DNA of 64,000 bases from Eledone cirrhosa (taxonomy: Eukaryota), in the NCBI GenBank assembly GCA_964016885.1, contig OZ024742.1, positions 217,248,001-217,312,000 on the forward strand, written 5' to 3'. The notes beneath the pieces are model-generated. The model searched no databases, had not been told where the DNA came from, and was given only the letters and a program-made list of their open reading frames with translations. Shown in pieces: positions 1 through 14,275 of the stretch (position 1 is the stretch's first letter; the number at the start of each line of letters is the position of its first letter). A program made the position numbers and the translations under genes.

Positions 1-331
1 ATACCCTAAAAAGATCATAGGTATTACACTTCTCTCCTTGAATAAACAGCAACAAAAGAAAAATTACCTTTGTCATTGCTCTCTCACTCTTCTATTCACC
101 TACTTTGTCACATTAGCCTTGAACAAACGGAGAACAAAATAGAGAAGATTCCTTAGTCTTGCAGAGTACAGGGTAACCTCTCTGGTGCTGGTGATATGAT
201 AAAATGTACACAGTACATTCTATAAAGTGGTCAGTATCCAACAACCTTCTGATTGATAGTCCCCTAACCTGTAGGTGACATACCTTCACATTACATATAA
301 TAATATAATATATGTATATGTATATATATAT

Positions 332-3300
332 ATGTAAGTATGCATGTATACGTACATACATATATGTATACAGACGTACAGTAGCATGCACATATATATA
401 TATATATACATATATATATACATATGCATACAGGTACACATACATATATGCACGTATCAGTTTAGCGGCGCTAACGTCGCTTTGTTCGTTTGTAAACAAA
501 CTGAACAGCCTGAATTTATGCCATACGGTGTTAAGGCAACCACGTCACCTTTTTGTTCAACACTGACACAGGAACGATGTACTAGTTTCAAGCTTGTTAG
601 CTATCATCAGCACCGTTTACCCATCTGCCAGATAGTTGAACGTTCGAAAGTATATACTTTCCTTATGAAAATTAACGGCTGAGCAGCCTAATTTGCATAT
701 TGAGTGAGTTAAATCGGTCAGGCATACCGAAAACGATAAATTGAAACAAAATGAAAACGAAATTTCATTTCTCACTCTTAGTATGGCACTTACTTAAATG
801 TAAGTATGCATGTATACGTACATACATATATGTATACAGACGTACAGTAGCATGCACATATATATATATATATACATATATATATACATATGCATACAGG
901 TACACATACATATATGCACGTATCAGTTTAGCGGCGCTAACGTCGCTTTGTTCGTTTGTAAACAAACTGAACAGCCTGAATTTATGCCATACGGTGTTAA
1001 GGCAACCACGTCACCTTTTTGTTCAACACTGACACAGGAACGATGTACTAGTTTCAAGCTTGTTAGCTATCATCAGCACCGTTTACCCATCTGCCAGATA
1101 GTTGAACGTTCGAAAGTATATACTTTCCTTATGAAAATTAACGGCTGAGCAGCCTAATTTGCATATTGAGTGAGTTAAATCGGTCAGGCATACCGAAAAC
1201 GATAAATTGAAACAAAATGAAAACGAAATTTCATTTCTCACTCTTAGTATGGCACTTACTTAAATGTAAGTATGCATGTATACGTACATACATATATGTA
1301 TACAGACGTACAGTAGCATGCACATATATATATATATATACATATATATATACATATGCATACAGGTACACATACATATATGCACGTATCAGTTTAGCGG
1401 CGCTAACGTCGCTTTGTTCGTTTGTAAACAAACTGAACAGCCTGAATTTATGCCATACGGTGTTAAGGCAACCACGTCACCTTTTTGTTCAACACTGACA
1501 CAGGAACGATGTACTAGTTTCAAGCTTGTTAGCTATCATCAGCACCGTTTACCCATCTGCCAGATAGTTGAACGTTCGAAAGTATATACTTTCCTTATGA
1601 AAATTAACGGCTGAGCAGCCTAATTTGCATATTGAGTGAGTTAAATCGGTCAGGCATACCGAAAACGATAAATTGAAACAAAATGAAAACGAAATTTCAT
1701 TTCTCACTCTTAGTATGGCACTTACTTAAATGTAAGTATGCATGTATACGTACATACATATATGTATACAGACGTACAGTAGCATGCACATATATATATA
1801 TATATACATATATATATACATATGCATACAGGTACACATACATATATGCACGTATCAGTTTAGCGGCGCTAACGTCGCTTTGTTCGTTTGTAAACAAACT
1901 GAACAGCCTGAATTTATGCCATACGGTGTTAAGGCAACCACGTCACCTTTTTGTTCAACACTGACACAGGAACGATGTACTAGTTTCAAGCTTGTTAGCT
2001 ATCATCAGCACCGTTTACCCATCTGCCAGATAGTTGAACGTTCGAAAGTATATACTTTCCTTATGAAAATTAACGGCTGAGCAGCCTAATTTGCATATTG
2101 AGTGAGTTAAATCGGTCAGGCATACCGAAAACGATAAATTGAAACAAAATGAAAACGAAATTTCATTTCTCACTCTTAGTATGGCACTTACTTAAATGTA
2201 AGTATGCATGTATACGTACATACATATATGTATACAGACGTACAGTAGCATGCACATATATATATATATATACATATATATATACATATGCATACAGGTA
2301 CACATACATATATGCACGTATCAGTTTAGCGGCGCTAACGTCGCTTTGTTCGTTTGTAAACAAACTGAACAGCCTGAATTTATGCCATACGGTGTTAAGG
2401 CAACCACGTCACCTTTTTGTTCAACACTGACACAGGAACGATGTACTAGTTTCAAGCTTGTTAGCTATCATCAGCACCGTTTACCCATCTGCCAGATAGT
2501 TGAACGTTCGAAAGTATATACTTTCCTTATGAAAATTAACGGCTGAGCAGCCTAATTTGCATATTGAGTGAGTTAAATCGGTCAGGCATACCGAAAACGA
2601 TAAATTGAAACAAAATGAAAACGAAATTTCATTTCTCACTCTTAGTATGGCACTTACTTAAATGTAAGTATGCATGTATACGTACATACATATATGTATA
2701 CAGACGTACAGTAGCATGCACATATATATATATATATACATATATATATACATATGCATACAGGTACACATACATATATGCACGTATCAGTTTAGCGGCG
2801 CTAACGTCGCTTTGTTCGTTTGTAAACAAACTGAACAGCCTGAATTTATGCCATACGGTGTTAAGGCAACCACGTCACCTTTTTGTTCAACACTGACACA
2901 GGAACGATGTACTAGTTTCAAGCTTGTTAGCTATCATCAGCACCGTTTACCCATCTGCCAGATAGTTGAACGTTCGAAAGTATATACTTTCCTTATGAAA
3001 ATTAACGGCTGAGCAGCCTAATTTGCATATTGAGTGAGTTAAATCGGTCAGGCATACCGAAAACGATAAATTGAAACAAAATGAAAACGAAATTTCATTT
3101 CTCACTCTTAGTATGGCACTTACTTAAATGTAAGTATGCATGTATACGTACATACATATATGTATACAGACGTACAGTAGCATGCACATATATATATATA
3201 TATACATATATATATACATATGCATACAGGTACACATACATATATGCACGTATCAGTTTAGCGGCGCTAACGTCGCTTTGTTCGTTTGTAAACAAACTGA

Positions 3301-6300
3301 ACAGCCTGAATTTATGCCATACGGTGTTAAGGCAACCACGTCACCTTTTTGTTCAACACTGACACAGGAACGATGTACTAGTTTCAAGCTTGTTAGCTAT
3401 CATCAGCACCGTTTACCCATCTGCCAGATAGTTGAACGTTCGAAAGTATATACTTTCCTTATGAAAATTAACGGCTGAGCAGCCTAATTTGCATATTGAG
3501 TGAGTTAAATCGGTCAGGCATACCGAAAACGATAAATTGAAACAAAATGAAAACGAAATTTCATTTCTCACTCTTAGTATGGCACTTACTTAAATGTAAG
3601 TATGCATGTATACGTACATACATATATGTATACAGACGTACAGTAGCATGCACATATATATATATATATACATATATATATACATATGCATACAGGTACA
3701 CATACATATATGCACGTATCAGTTTAGCGGCGCTAACGTCGCTTTGTTCGTTTGTAAACAAACTGAACAGCCTGAATTTATGCCATACGGTGTTAAGGCA
3801 ACCACGTCACCTTTTTGTTCAACACTGACACAGGAACGATGTACTAGTTTCAAGCTTGTTAGCTATCATCAGCACCGTTTACCCATCTGCCAGATAGTTG
3901 AACGTTCGAAAGTATATACTTTCCTTATGAAAATTAACGGCTGAGCAGCCTAATTTGCATATTGAGTGAGTTAAATCGGTCAGGCATACCGAAAACGATA
4001 AATTGAAACAAAATGAAAACGAAATTTCATTTCTCACTCTTAGTATGGCACTTACTTAAATGTAAGTATGCATGTATACGTACATACATATATGTATACA
4101 GACGTACAGTAGCATGCACATATATATATATATATACATATATATATACATATGCATACAGGTACACATACATATATGCACGTATCAGTTTAGCGGCGCT
4201 AACGTCGCTTTGTTCGTTTGTAAACAAACTGAACAGCCTGAATTTATGCCATACGGTGTTAAGGCAACCACGTCACCTTTTTGTTCAACACTGACACAGG
4301 AACGATGTACTAGTTTCAAGCTTGTTAGCTATCATCAGCACCGTTTACCCATCTGCCAGATAGTTGAACGTTCGAAAGTATATACTTTCCTTATGAAAAT
4401 TAACGGCTGAGCAGCCTAATTTGCATATTGAGTGAGTTAAATCGGTCAGGCATACCGAAAACGATAAATTGAAACAAAATGAAAACGAAATTTCATTTCT
4501 CACTCTTAGTATGGCACTTACTTAAATGTAAGTATGCATGTATACGTACATACATATATGTATACAGACGTACAGTAGCATGCACATATATATATATATA
4601 TACATATATATATACATATGCATACAGGTACACATACATATATGCACGTATCAGTTTAGCGGCGCTAACGTCGCTTTGTTCGTTTGTAAACAAACTGAAC
4701 AGCCTGAATTTATGCCATACGGTGTTAAGGCAACCACGTCACCTTTTTGTTCAACACTGACACAGGAACGATGTACTAGTTTCAAGCTTGTTAGCTATCA
4801 TCAGCACCGTTTACCCATCTGCCAGATAGTTGAACGTTCGAAAGTATATACTTTCCTTATGAAAATTAACGGCTGAGCAGCCTAATTTGCATATTGAGTG
4901 AGTTAAATCGGTCAGGCATACCGAAAACGATAAATTGAAACAAAATGAAAACGAAATTTCATTTCTCACTCTTAGTATGGCACTTACTTAAATGTAAGTA
5001 TGCATGTATACGTACATACATATATGTATACAGACGTACAGTAGCATGCACATATATATATATATATACATATATATATACATATGCATACAGGTACACA
5101 TACATATATGCACGTATCAGTTTAGCGGCGCTAACGTCGCTTTGTTCGTTTGTAAACAAACTGAACAGCCTGAATTTATGCCATACGGTGTTAAGGCAAC
5201 CACGTCACCTTTTTGTTCAACACTGACACAGGAACGATGTACTAGTTTCAAGCTTGTTAGCTATCATCAGCACCGTTTACCCATCTGCCAGATAGTTGAA
5301 CGTTCGAAAGTATATACTTTCCTTATGAAAATTAACGGCTGAGCAGCCTAATTTGCATATTGAGTGAGTTAAATCGGTCAGGCATACCGAAAACGATAAA
5401 TTGAAACAAAATGAAAACGAAATTTCATTTCTCACTCTTAGTATGGCACTTACTTAAATGTAAGTATGCATGTATACGTACATACATATATGTATACAGA
5501 CGTACAGTAGCATGCACATATATATATATATATACATATATATATACATATGCATACAGGTACACATACATATATGCACGTATCAGTTTAGCGGCGCTAA
5601 CGTCGCTTTGTTCGTTTGTAAACAAACTGAACAGCCTGAATTTATGCCATACGGTGTTAAGGCAACCACGTCACCTTTTTGTTCAACACTGACACAGGAA
5701 CGATGTACTAGTTTCAAGCTTGTTAGCTATCATCAGCACCGTTTACCCATCTGCCAGATAGTTGAACGTTCGAAAGTATATACTTTCCTTATGAAAATTA
5801 ACGGCTGAGCAGCCTAATTTGCATATTGAGTGAGTTAAATCGGTCAGGCATACCGAAAACGATAAATTGAAACAAAATGAAAACGAAATTTCATTTCTCA
5901 CTCTTAGTATGGCACTTACTTAAATGTAAGTATGCATGTATACGTACATACATATATGTATACAGACGTACAGTAGCATGCACATATATATATATATATA
6001 CATATATATATACATATGCATACAGGTACACATACATATATGCACGTATCAGTTTAGCGGCGCTAACGTCGCTTTGTTCGTTTGTAAACAAACTGAACAG
6101 CCTGAATTTATGCCATACGGTGTTAAGGCAACCACGTCACCTTTTTGTTCAACACTGACACAGGAACGATGTACTAGTTTCAAGCTTGTTAGCTATCATC
6201 AGCACCGTTTACCCATCTGCCAGATAGTTGAACGTTCGAAAGTATATACTTTCCTTATGAAAATTAACGGCTGAGCAGCCTAATTTGCATATTGAGTGAG

Positions 6301-6671
6301 TTAAATCGGTCAGGCATACCGAAAACGATAAATTGAAACAAAATGAAAACGAAATTTCATTTCTCACTCTTAGTATGGCACTTACTTAAATGTAAGTATG
6401 CATGTATACGTACATACATATATGTATACAGACGTACAGTAGCATGCACATATATATATATATATACATATATATATACATATGCATACAGGTACACATA
6501 CATATATGCACGTATCAGTTTAGCGGCGCTAACGTCGCTTTGTTCGTTTGTAAACAAACTGAACAGCCTGAATTTATGCCATACGGTGTTAAGGCAACCA
6601 CGTCACCTTTTTGTTCAACACTGACACAGGAACGATGTACTAGTTTCAAGCTTGTTAGCTATCATCAGCAC
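332..6671 (-). repeat. Left arm of the 466-bp tandem array (~13.6 copies); hammerhead sense is on the minus strand
   Basis: The ORF track and sequence repeat at an exact 466-bp period (751, 1217, 1683 ...). The array starts abruptly after a (TA)n tract at ~332. Confidence 0.98.
573..617 (-). ncRNA. Minimal type I hammerhead ribozyme, family A; representative of 13 minus-strand copies, 573-617 to 6165-6209
   Basis: Exact reverse complement of the 7120-7164 motif. Confidence 0.88.
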
Positions 6672-9600
6672 TAACAAGCTTGAAACTAGTACATCGTTCC
6701 TGTGTCAGTGTTGAACAAAAAGGTGACGTGGTTGCCTTAACACCGTATGGCATAAATTCAGGCTGTTCAGTTTGTTTACAAACGAACAAAGCGACGTTAG
6801 CGCCGCTAAACTGATACGTGCATATATGTATGTGTACCTGTATGCATATGTATATATATATGTATATATATATATATATGTGCATGCTACTGTACGTCTG
6901 TATACATATATGTATGTACGTATACATGCATACTTACATTTAAGTAAGTGCCATACTAAGAGTGAGAAATGAAATTTCGTTTTCATTTTGTTTCAATTTA
7001 TCGTTTTCGGTATGCCTGACCGATTTAACTCACTCAATGTGCAAATTAGGCTGCTCAGCCGTTAATTTTCATAAGGAAAGTATATACTTTCGAACGTTCA
7101 ACTATCTGGCAGATGGGTAAACGGTGCTGATGATAGCTAACAAGCTTGAAACTAGTACATCGTTCCTGTGTCAGTGTTGAACAAAAAGGTGACGTGGTTG
7201 CCTTAACACCGTATGGCATAAATTCAGGCTGTTCAGTTTGTTTACAAACGAACAAAGCGACGTTAGCGCCGCTAAACTGATACGTGCATATATGTATGTG
7301 TACCTGTATGCATATGTATATATATATGTATATATATATATATATGTGCATGCTACTGTACGTCTGTATACATATATGTATGTACGTATACATGCATACT
7401 TACATTTAAGTAAGTGCCATACTAAGAGAGAGAAATGAAATTTCGTTTTCATTTTGTTTCAATTTATCGTTTTCGGTATGCCTGACCGATTTAACTCACT
7501 CAATATGCAAATTAGGCTGCTCAGCCGTTAATTTTCATAAGGAAAGTATATACTTTCGAACGTTCAACTATCTGGCAGATGGGTAAACGGTGCTGATGAT
7601 AGCTAACAAGCTTGAAACTAGTACATCGTTCCTGTGTCAGTGTTGAACAAAAAGGTGACGTGGTTGCCTTAACACCGTATGGCATAAATTCAGGCTGTTC
7701 AGTTTGTTTACAAACGAACAAAGCGACGTTAGCGCCGCTAAACTGATACGTGCATATATGTATGTGTACCTGTATGCATATGTATATATATATGTATATA
7801 TATATATATATGTGCATGCTACTGTACGTCTGTATACATATATGTATGTACGTATACATGCATACTTACATTTAAGTAAGTGCCATACTAAGAGTGAGAA
7901 ATGAAATTTCGTTTTCATTTTGTTTCAATTTATCGTTTTCGGTATGCCTGACCGATTTAACTCACTCAATATGCAAATTAGGCTGCTCAGCCGTTAATTT
8001 TCATAAGGAAAGTATATACTTTCGAACGTTCAACTATCTGGCAGATGGGTAAACGGTGCTGATGATAGCTAACAAGCTTGAAACTAGTACATCGTTCCTG
8101 TGTCAGTGTTGAACAAAAAGGTGACGTGGTTGCCTTAACACCGTATGGCATAAATTCAGGCTGTTCAGTTTGTTTACAAACGAACAAAGCGACGTTAGCG
8201 CCGCTAAACTGATACGTGCATATATGTATGTGTACCTGTATGCATATGTATATATATATGTATATATATATATATATGTGCATGCTACTGTACGTCTGTA
8301 TACATATATGTATGTACGTATACATGCATACTTACATTTAAGTAAGTGCCATACTAAGAGTGAGAAATGAAATTTCGTTTTCATTTTGTTTCAATTTATC
8401 GTTTTCGGTATGCCTGACCGATTTAACTCACTCAATATGCAAATTAGGCTGCTCAGCCGTTAATTTTCATAAGGAAAGTATATACTTTCGAACGTTCAAC
8501 TATCTGGCAGATGGGTAAACGGTGCTGATGATAGCTAACAAGCTTGAAACTAGTACATCGTTCCTGTGTCAGTGTTGAACAAAAAGGTGACGTGGTTGCC
8601 TTAACACCGTATGGCATAAATTCAGGCTGTTCAGTTTGTTTACAAACGAACAAAGCGACGTTAGCGCCGCTAAACTGATACGTGCATATATGTATGTGTA
8701 CCTGTATGCATATGTATATATATATGTATATATATATATATATGTGCATGCTACTGTACGTCTGTATACATATATGTATGTACGTATACATGCATACTTA
8801 CATTTAAGTAAGTGCCATACTAAGAGTGAGAAATGAAATTTCGTTTTCATTTTGTTTCAATTTATCGTTTTCGGTATGCCTGACCGATTTAACTCACTCA
8901 ATATGCAAATTAGGCTGCTCAGCCGTTAATTTTCATAAGGAAAGTATATACTTTCGAACGTTCAACTATCTGGCAGATGGGTAAACGGTGCTGATGATAG
9001 CTAACAAGCTTGAAACTAGTACATCGTTCCTGTGTCAGTGTTGAACAAAAAGGTGACGTGGTTGCCTTAACACCGTATGGCATAAATTCAGGCTGTTCAG
9101 TTTGTTTACAAACGAACAAAGCGACGTTAGCGCCGCTAAACTGATACGTGCATATATGTATGTGTACCTGTATGCATATGTATATATATATGTATATATA
9201 TATATATATGTGCATGCTACTGTACGTCTGTATACATATATGTATGTACGTATACATGCATACTTACATTTAAGTAAGTGCCATACTAAGAGTGAGAAAT
9301 GAAATTTCGTTTTCATTTTGTTTCAATTTATCGTTTTCGGTATGCCTGACCGATTTAACTCACTCAATATGCAAATTAGGCTGCTCAGCCGTTAATTTTC
9401 ATAAGGAAAGTATATACTTTCGAACGTTCAACTATCTGGCAGATGGGTAAACGGTGCTGATGATAGCTAACAAGCTTGAAACTAGTACATCGTTCCTGTG
9501 TCAGTGTTGAACAAAAAGGTGACGTGGTTGCCTTAACACCGTATGGCATAAATTCAGGCTGTTCAGTTTGTTTACAAACGAACAAAGCGACGTTAGCGCC

Positions 9601-12600
9601 GCTAAACTGATACGTGCATATATGTATGTGTACCTGTATGCATATGTATATATATATGTATATATATATATATATGTGCATGCTACTGTACGTCTGTATA
9701 CATATATGTATGTACGTATACATGCATACTTACATTTAAGTAAGTGCCATACTAAGAGTGAGAAATGAAATTTCGTTTTCATTTTGTTTCAATTTATCGT
9801 TTTCGGTATGCCTGACCGATTTAACTCACTCAATATGCAAATTAGGCTGCTCAGCCGTTAATTTTCATAAGGAAAGTATATACTTTCGAACGTTCAACTA
9901 TCTGGCAGATGGGTAAACGGTGCTGATGATAGCTAACAAGCTTGAAACTAGTACATCGTTCCTGTGTCAGTGTTGAACAAAAAGGTGACGTGGTTGCCTT
10001 AACACCGTATGGCATAAATTCAGGCTGTTCAGTTTGTTTACAAACGAACAAAGCGACGTTAGCGCCGCTAAACTGATACGTGCATATATGTATGTGTACC
10101 TGTATGCATATGTATATATATATGTATATATATATATATATGTGCATGCTACTGTACGTCTGTATACATATATGTATGTACGTATACATGCATACTTACA
10201 TTTAAGTAAGTGCCATACTAAGAGTGAGAAATGAAATTTCGTTTTCATTTTGTTTCAATTTATCGTTTTCGGTATGCCTGACCGATTTAACTCACTCAAT
10301 ATGCAAATTAGGCTGCTCAGCCGTTAATTTTCATAAGGAAAGTATATACTTTCGAACGTTCAACTATCTGGCAGATGGGTAAACGGTGCTGATGATAGCT
10401 AACAAGCTTGAAACTAGTACATCGTTCCTGTGTCAGTGTTGAACAAAAAGGTGACGTGGTTGCCTTAACACCGTATGGCATAAATTCAGGCTGTTCAGTT
10501 TGTTTACAAACGAACAAAGCGACGTTAGCGCCGCTAAACTGATACGTGCATATATGTATGTGTACCTGTATGCATATGTATATATATATGTATATATATA
10601 TATATATGTGCATGCTACTGTACGTCTGTATACATATATGTATGTACGTATACATGCATACTTACATTTAAGTAAGTGCCATACTAAGAGTGAGAAATGA
10701 AATTTCGTTTTCATTTTGTTTCAATTTATCGTTTTCGGTATGCCTGACCGATTTAACTCACTCAATATGCAAATTAGGCTGCTCAGCCGTTAATTTTCAT
10801 AAGGAAAGTATATACTTTCGAACGTTCAACTATCTGGCAGATGGGTAAACGGTGCTGATGATAGCTAACAAGCTTGAAACTAGTACATCGTTCCTGTGTC
10901 AGTGTTGAACAAAAAGGTGACGTGGTTGCCTTAACACCGTATGGCATAAATTCAGGCTGTTCAGTTTGTTTACAAACGAACAAAGCGACGTTAGCGCCGC
11001 TAAACTGATACGTGCATATATGTATGTGTACCTGTATGCATATGTATATATATATGTATATATATATATATATGTGCATGCTACTGTACGTCTGTATACA
11101 TATATGTATGTACGTATACATGCATACTTACATTTAAGTAAGTGCCATACTAAGAGTGAGAAATGAAATTTCGTTTTCATTTTGTTTCAATTTATCGTTT
11201 TCGGTATGCCTGACCGATTTAACTCACTCAATATGCAAATTAGGCTGCTCAGCCGTTAATTTTCATAAGGAAAGTATATACTTTCGAACGTTCAACTATC
11301 TGGCAGATGGGTAAACGGTGCTGATGATAGCTAACAAGCTTGAAACTAGTACATCGTTCCTGTGTCAGTGTTGAACAAAAAGGTGACGTGGTTGCCTTAA
11401 CACCGTATGGCATAAATTCAGGCTGTTCAGTTTGTTTACAAACGAACAAAGCGACGTTAGCGCCGCTAAACTGATACGTGCATATATGTATGTGTACCTG
11501 TATGCATATGTATATATATATGTATATATATATATATATGTGCATGCTACTGTACGTCTGTATACATATATGTATGTACGTATACATGCATACTTACATT
11601 TAAGTAAGTGCCATACTAAGAGTGAGAAATGAAATTTCGTTTTCATTTTGTTTCAATTTATCGTTTTCGGTATGCCTGACCGATTTAACTCACTCAATAT
11701 GCAAATTAGGCTGCTCAGCCGTTAATTTTCATAAGGAAAGTATATACTTTCGAACGTTCAACTATCTGGCAGATGGGTAAACGGTGCTGATGATAGCTAA
11801 CAAGCTTGAAACTAGTACATCGTTCCTGTGTCAGTGTTGAACAAAAAGGTGACGTGGTTGCCTTAACACCGTATGGCATAAATTCAGGCTGTTCAGTTTG
11901 TTTACAAACGAACAAAGCGACGTTAGCGCCGCTAAACTGATACGTGCATATATGTATGTGTACCTGTATGCATATGTATATATATATGTATATATATATA
12001 TATATGTGCATGCTACTGTACGTCTGTATACATATATGTATGTACGTATACATGCATACTTACATTTAAGTAAGTGCCATACTAAGAGTGAGAAATGAAA
12101 TTTCGTTTTCATTTTGTTTCAATTTATCGTTTTCGGTATGCCTGACCGATTTAACTCACTCAATATGCAAATTAGGCTGCTCAGCCGTTAATTTTCATAA
12201 GGAAAGTATATACTTTCGAACGTTCAACTATCTGGCAGATGGGTAAACGGTGCTGATGATAGCTAACAAGCTTGAAACTAGTACATCGTTCCTGTGTCAG
12301 TGTTGAACAAAAAGGTGACGTGGTTGCCTTAACACCGTATGGCATAAATTCAGGCTGTTCAGTTTGTTTACAAACGAACAAAGCGACGTTAGCGCCGCTA
12401 AACTGATACGTGCATATATGTATGTGTACCTGTATGCATATGTATATATATATGTATATATATATATATATGTGCATGCTACTGTACGTCTGTATACATA
12501 TATGTATGTACGTATACATGCATACTTACATTTAAGTAAGTGCCATACTAAGAGTGAGAAATGAAATTTCGTTTTCATTTTGTTTCAATTTATCGTTTTC

Positions 12601-13053
12601 GGTATGCCTGACCGATTTAACTCACTCAATATGCAAATTAGGCTGCTCAGCCGTTAATTTTCATAAGGAAAGTATATACTTTCGAACGTTCAACTATCTG
12701 GCAGATGGGTAAACGGTGCTGATGATAGCTAACAAGCTTGAAACTAGTACATCGTTCCTGTGTCAGTGTTGAACAAAAAGGTGACGTGGTTGCCTTAACA
12801 CCGTATGGCATAAATTCAGGCTGTTCAGTTTGTTTACAAACGAACAAAGCGACGTTAGCGCCGCTAAACTGATACGTGCATATATGTATGTGTACCTGTA
12901 TGCATATGTATATATATATGTATATATATATATATATGTGCATGCTACTGTACGTCTGTATACATATATGTATGTACGTATACATGCATACTTACATTTA
13001 AGTAAGTGCCATACTAAGAGTGAGAAATGAAATTTCGTTTTCATTTTGTTTCA

Positions 13054-13059
<6 letters not shown>
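6671..13059 (+). repeat. Right, inverted arm of the 466-bp tandem array (~13.7 copies); hammerhead sense is on the plus strand
   Basis: Reverse complement of the left arm (mirror coordinates sum to 13329), with a 12-nt spacer at 6659-6670. Ends in (TA)n at ~13059. Confidence 0.98.
7120..7164 (+). ncRNA. Minimal type I hammerhead ribozyme, family A; representative of 13 plus-strand copies every 466 bp, last at 12712-12756
   Basis: AACGGUG-CUGAUGA-U-AGCU-aaca-AGCU-U-GAAA-CUAG-UA^CAUCGUU. 7-bp stem I, intact core boxes, 4-bp stem II, palindromic ACUAGU stem III, GUA cleavage triplet after 7157. Position 10.1-11.1 is U.U rather than G-C. Confidence 0.88.
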
Positions 13060-13084
<25 letters not shown>

Positions 13085-13096
<12 letters not shown>

Positions 13097-14017
13097 AATG
13101 AAGTAATTCTGTCGGAAATGTCCAGGAAAAAAAGAGTGCTCTATGTAGGTAACAGAGCTTAATAGTTATGTAATAAACAACATAAGGCAATTATTCCATT
13201 TACCAGTGGTTTCTTAAAAGCAAAAAAATTTGCTTTCAATCATCAGAATGAAAAAATCCTGGTGTATTTATTGATATTGGATTCTAAAAACAAAAATGCA
13301 GTCTATATGAAAGTGAGGCTGGAGAAGGAAGAAGGAAAGGAGAAATAAAATAAAAACACATCCAAACACACACACACACAATTATATACATACACACACA
13401 CATATATATATATATATACATACACACACACATATACACATATGTGTATATATATACATACACATACATATACACATACATACATACATGCATAAATATC
13501 AACATATCCATACATATATACAACCACACATATATATACACATATATATATATAGAGAGAAATGTAAATATACATATATATATATATATATATGCATACA
13601 CATACACAGCTATACACACATACATATACATACATACATACACACAATCATACGTATATACACACGTACATACATACACATACATACACACATATATACA
13701 TGCATACATATGCATACACAAAATTAGAAAAATATACACACACCTCTACATATTCACACACGCAAATAAATATAAGAAAAAATATAAAAGACAAAAAAGA
13801 AAAGGACTATTATAAAGTTGACACCGATACAGGCAACAAATAAATGAAAAAACACACGTGGTAATCAATACACACAAATGCACGTACACATACATACGTA
13901 AAAATAAATACATACACACTCTCACACATAAATATACAAATACATAAACACATACATACGCAACCACAAATACATACACACACACACACACATATACATA
14001 TATGCACACACATATAC

Positions 14018-14066
<49 letters not shown>

Positions 14067-14232
14067 CATATATATATATACACACACATACATACATAGC
14101 CATACAATTATACACATACAAATACGTACATATCACAAACACGCACAACCAAATACAAACACACACATATATATATATATGTGTGTAAAACTCATTCTTA
14201 GATAATTCATATGAACCTTATTTAACTCTAAA

Positions 14233-14234
<2 letters not shown>
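13085..14234 (-). mobile_element. Left arm of a diverged inverted repeat (hammerhead-bearing, PLE pLTR/retrozyme-like)
   Basis: ~13169-14234 is the reverse complement of 17091-18097, with substitutions and microsatellite slippage. Confidence 0.75.
13194..13253 (-). ncRNA. Type I hammerhead ribozyme, family B
   Basis: UUUCAUU-CUGAUGA-UUGAAAGC..GCUUUUAA-GAAA-CCACUGG-UA^AAUGGAA on the minus strand. Confidence 0.85.

Positions 14235-14275
<41 letters not shown>

Noticed and set aside
61-240. Possible next MBTPS1 exon
   Set aside because: Minus-strand translations do not match the expected CFWLL...PERMEG segment.
113-13044. Dozens of 66-128 aa ORFs in the array
   Set aside because: YI/HT/CV-rich translations of TA/CA microsatellite, overlapping on both strands, with no domain motifs.
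332-13059. CRISPR array or tandem 5S/tRNA/snRNA gene cluster
   Set aside because: No variable spacers and no recognisable RNA-gene sequence in the unit.
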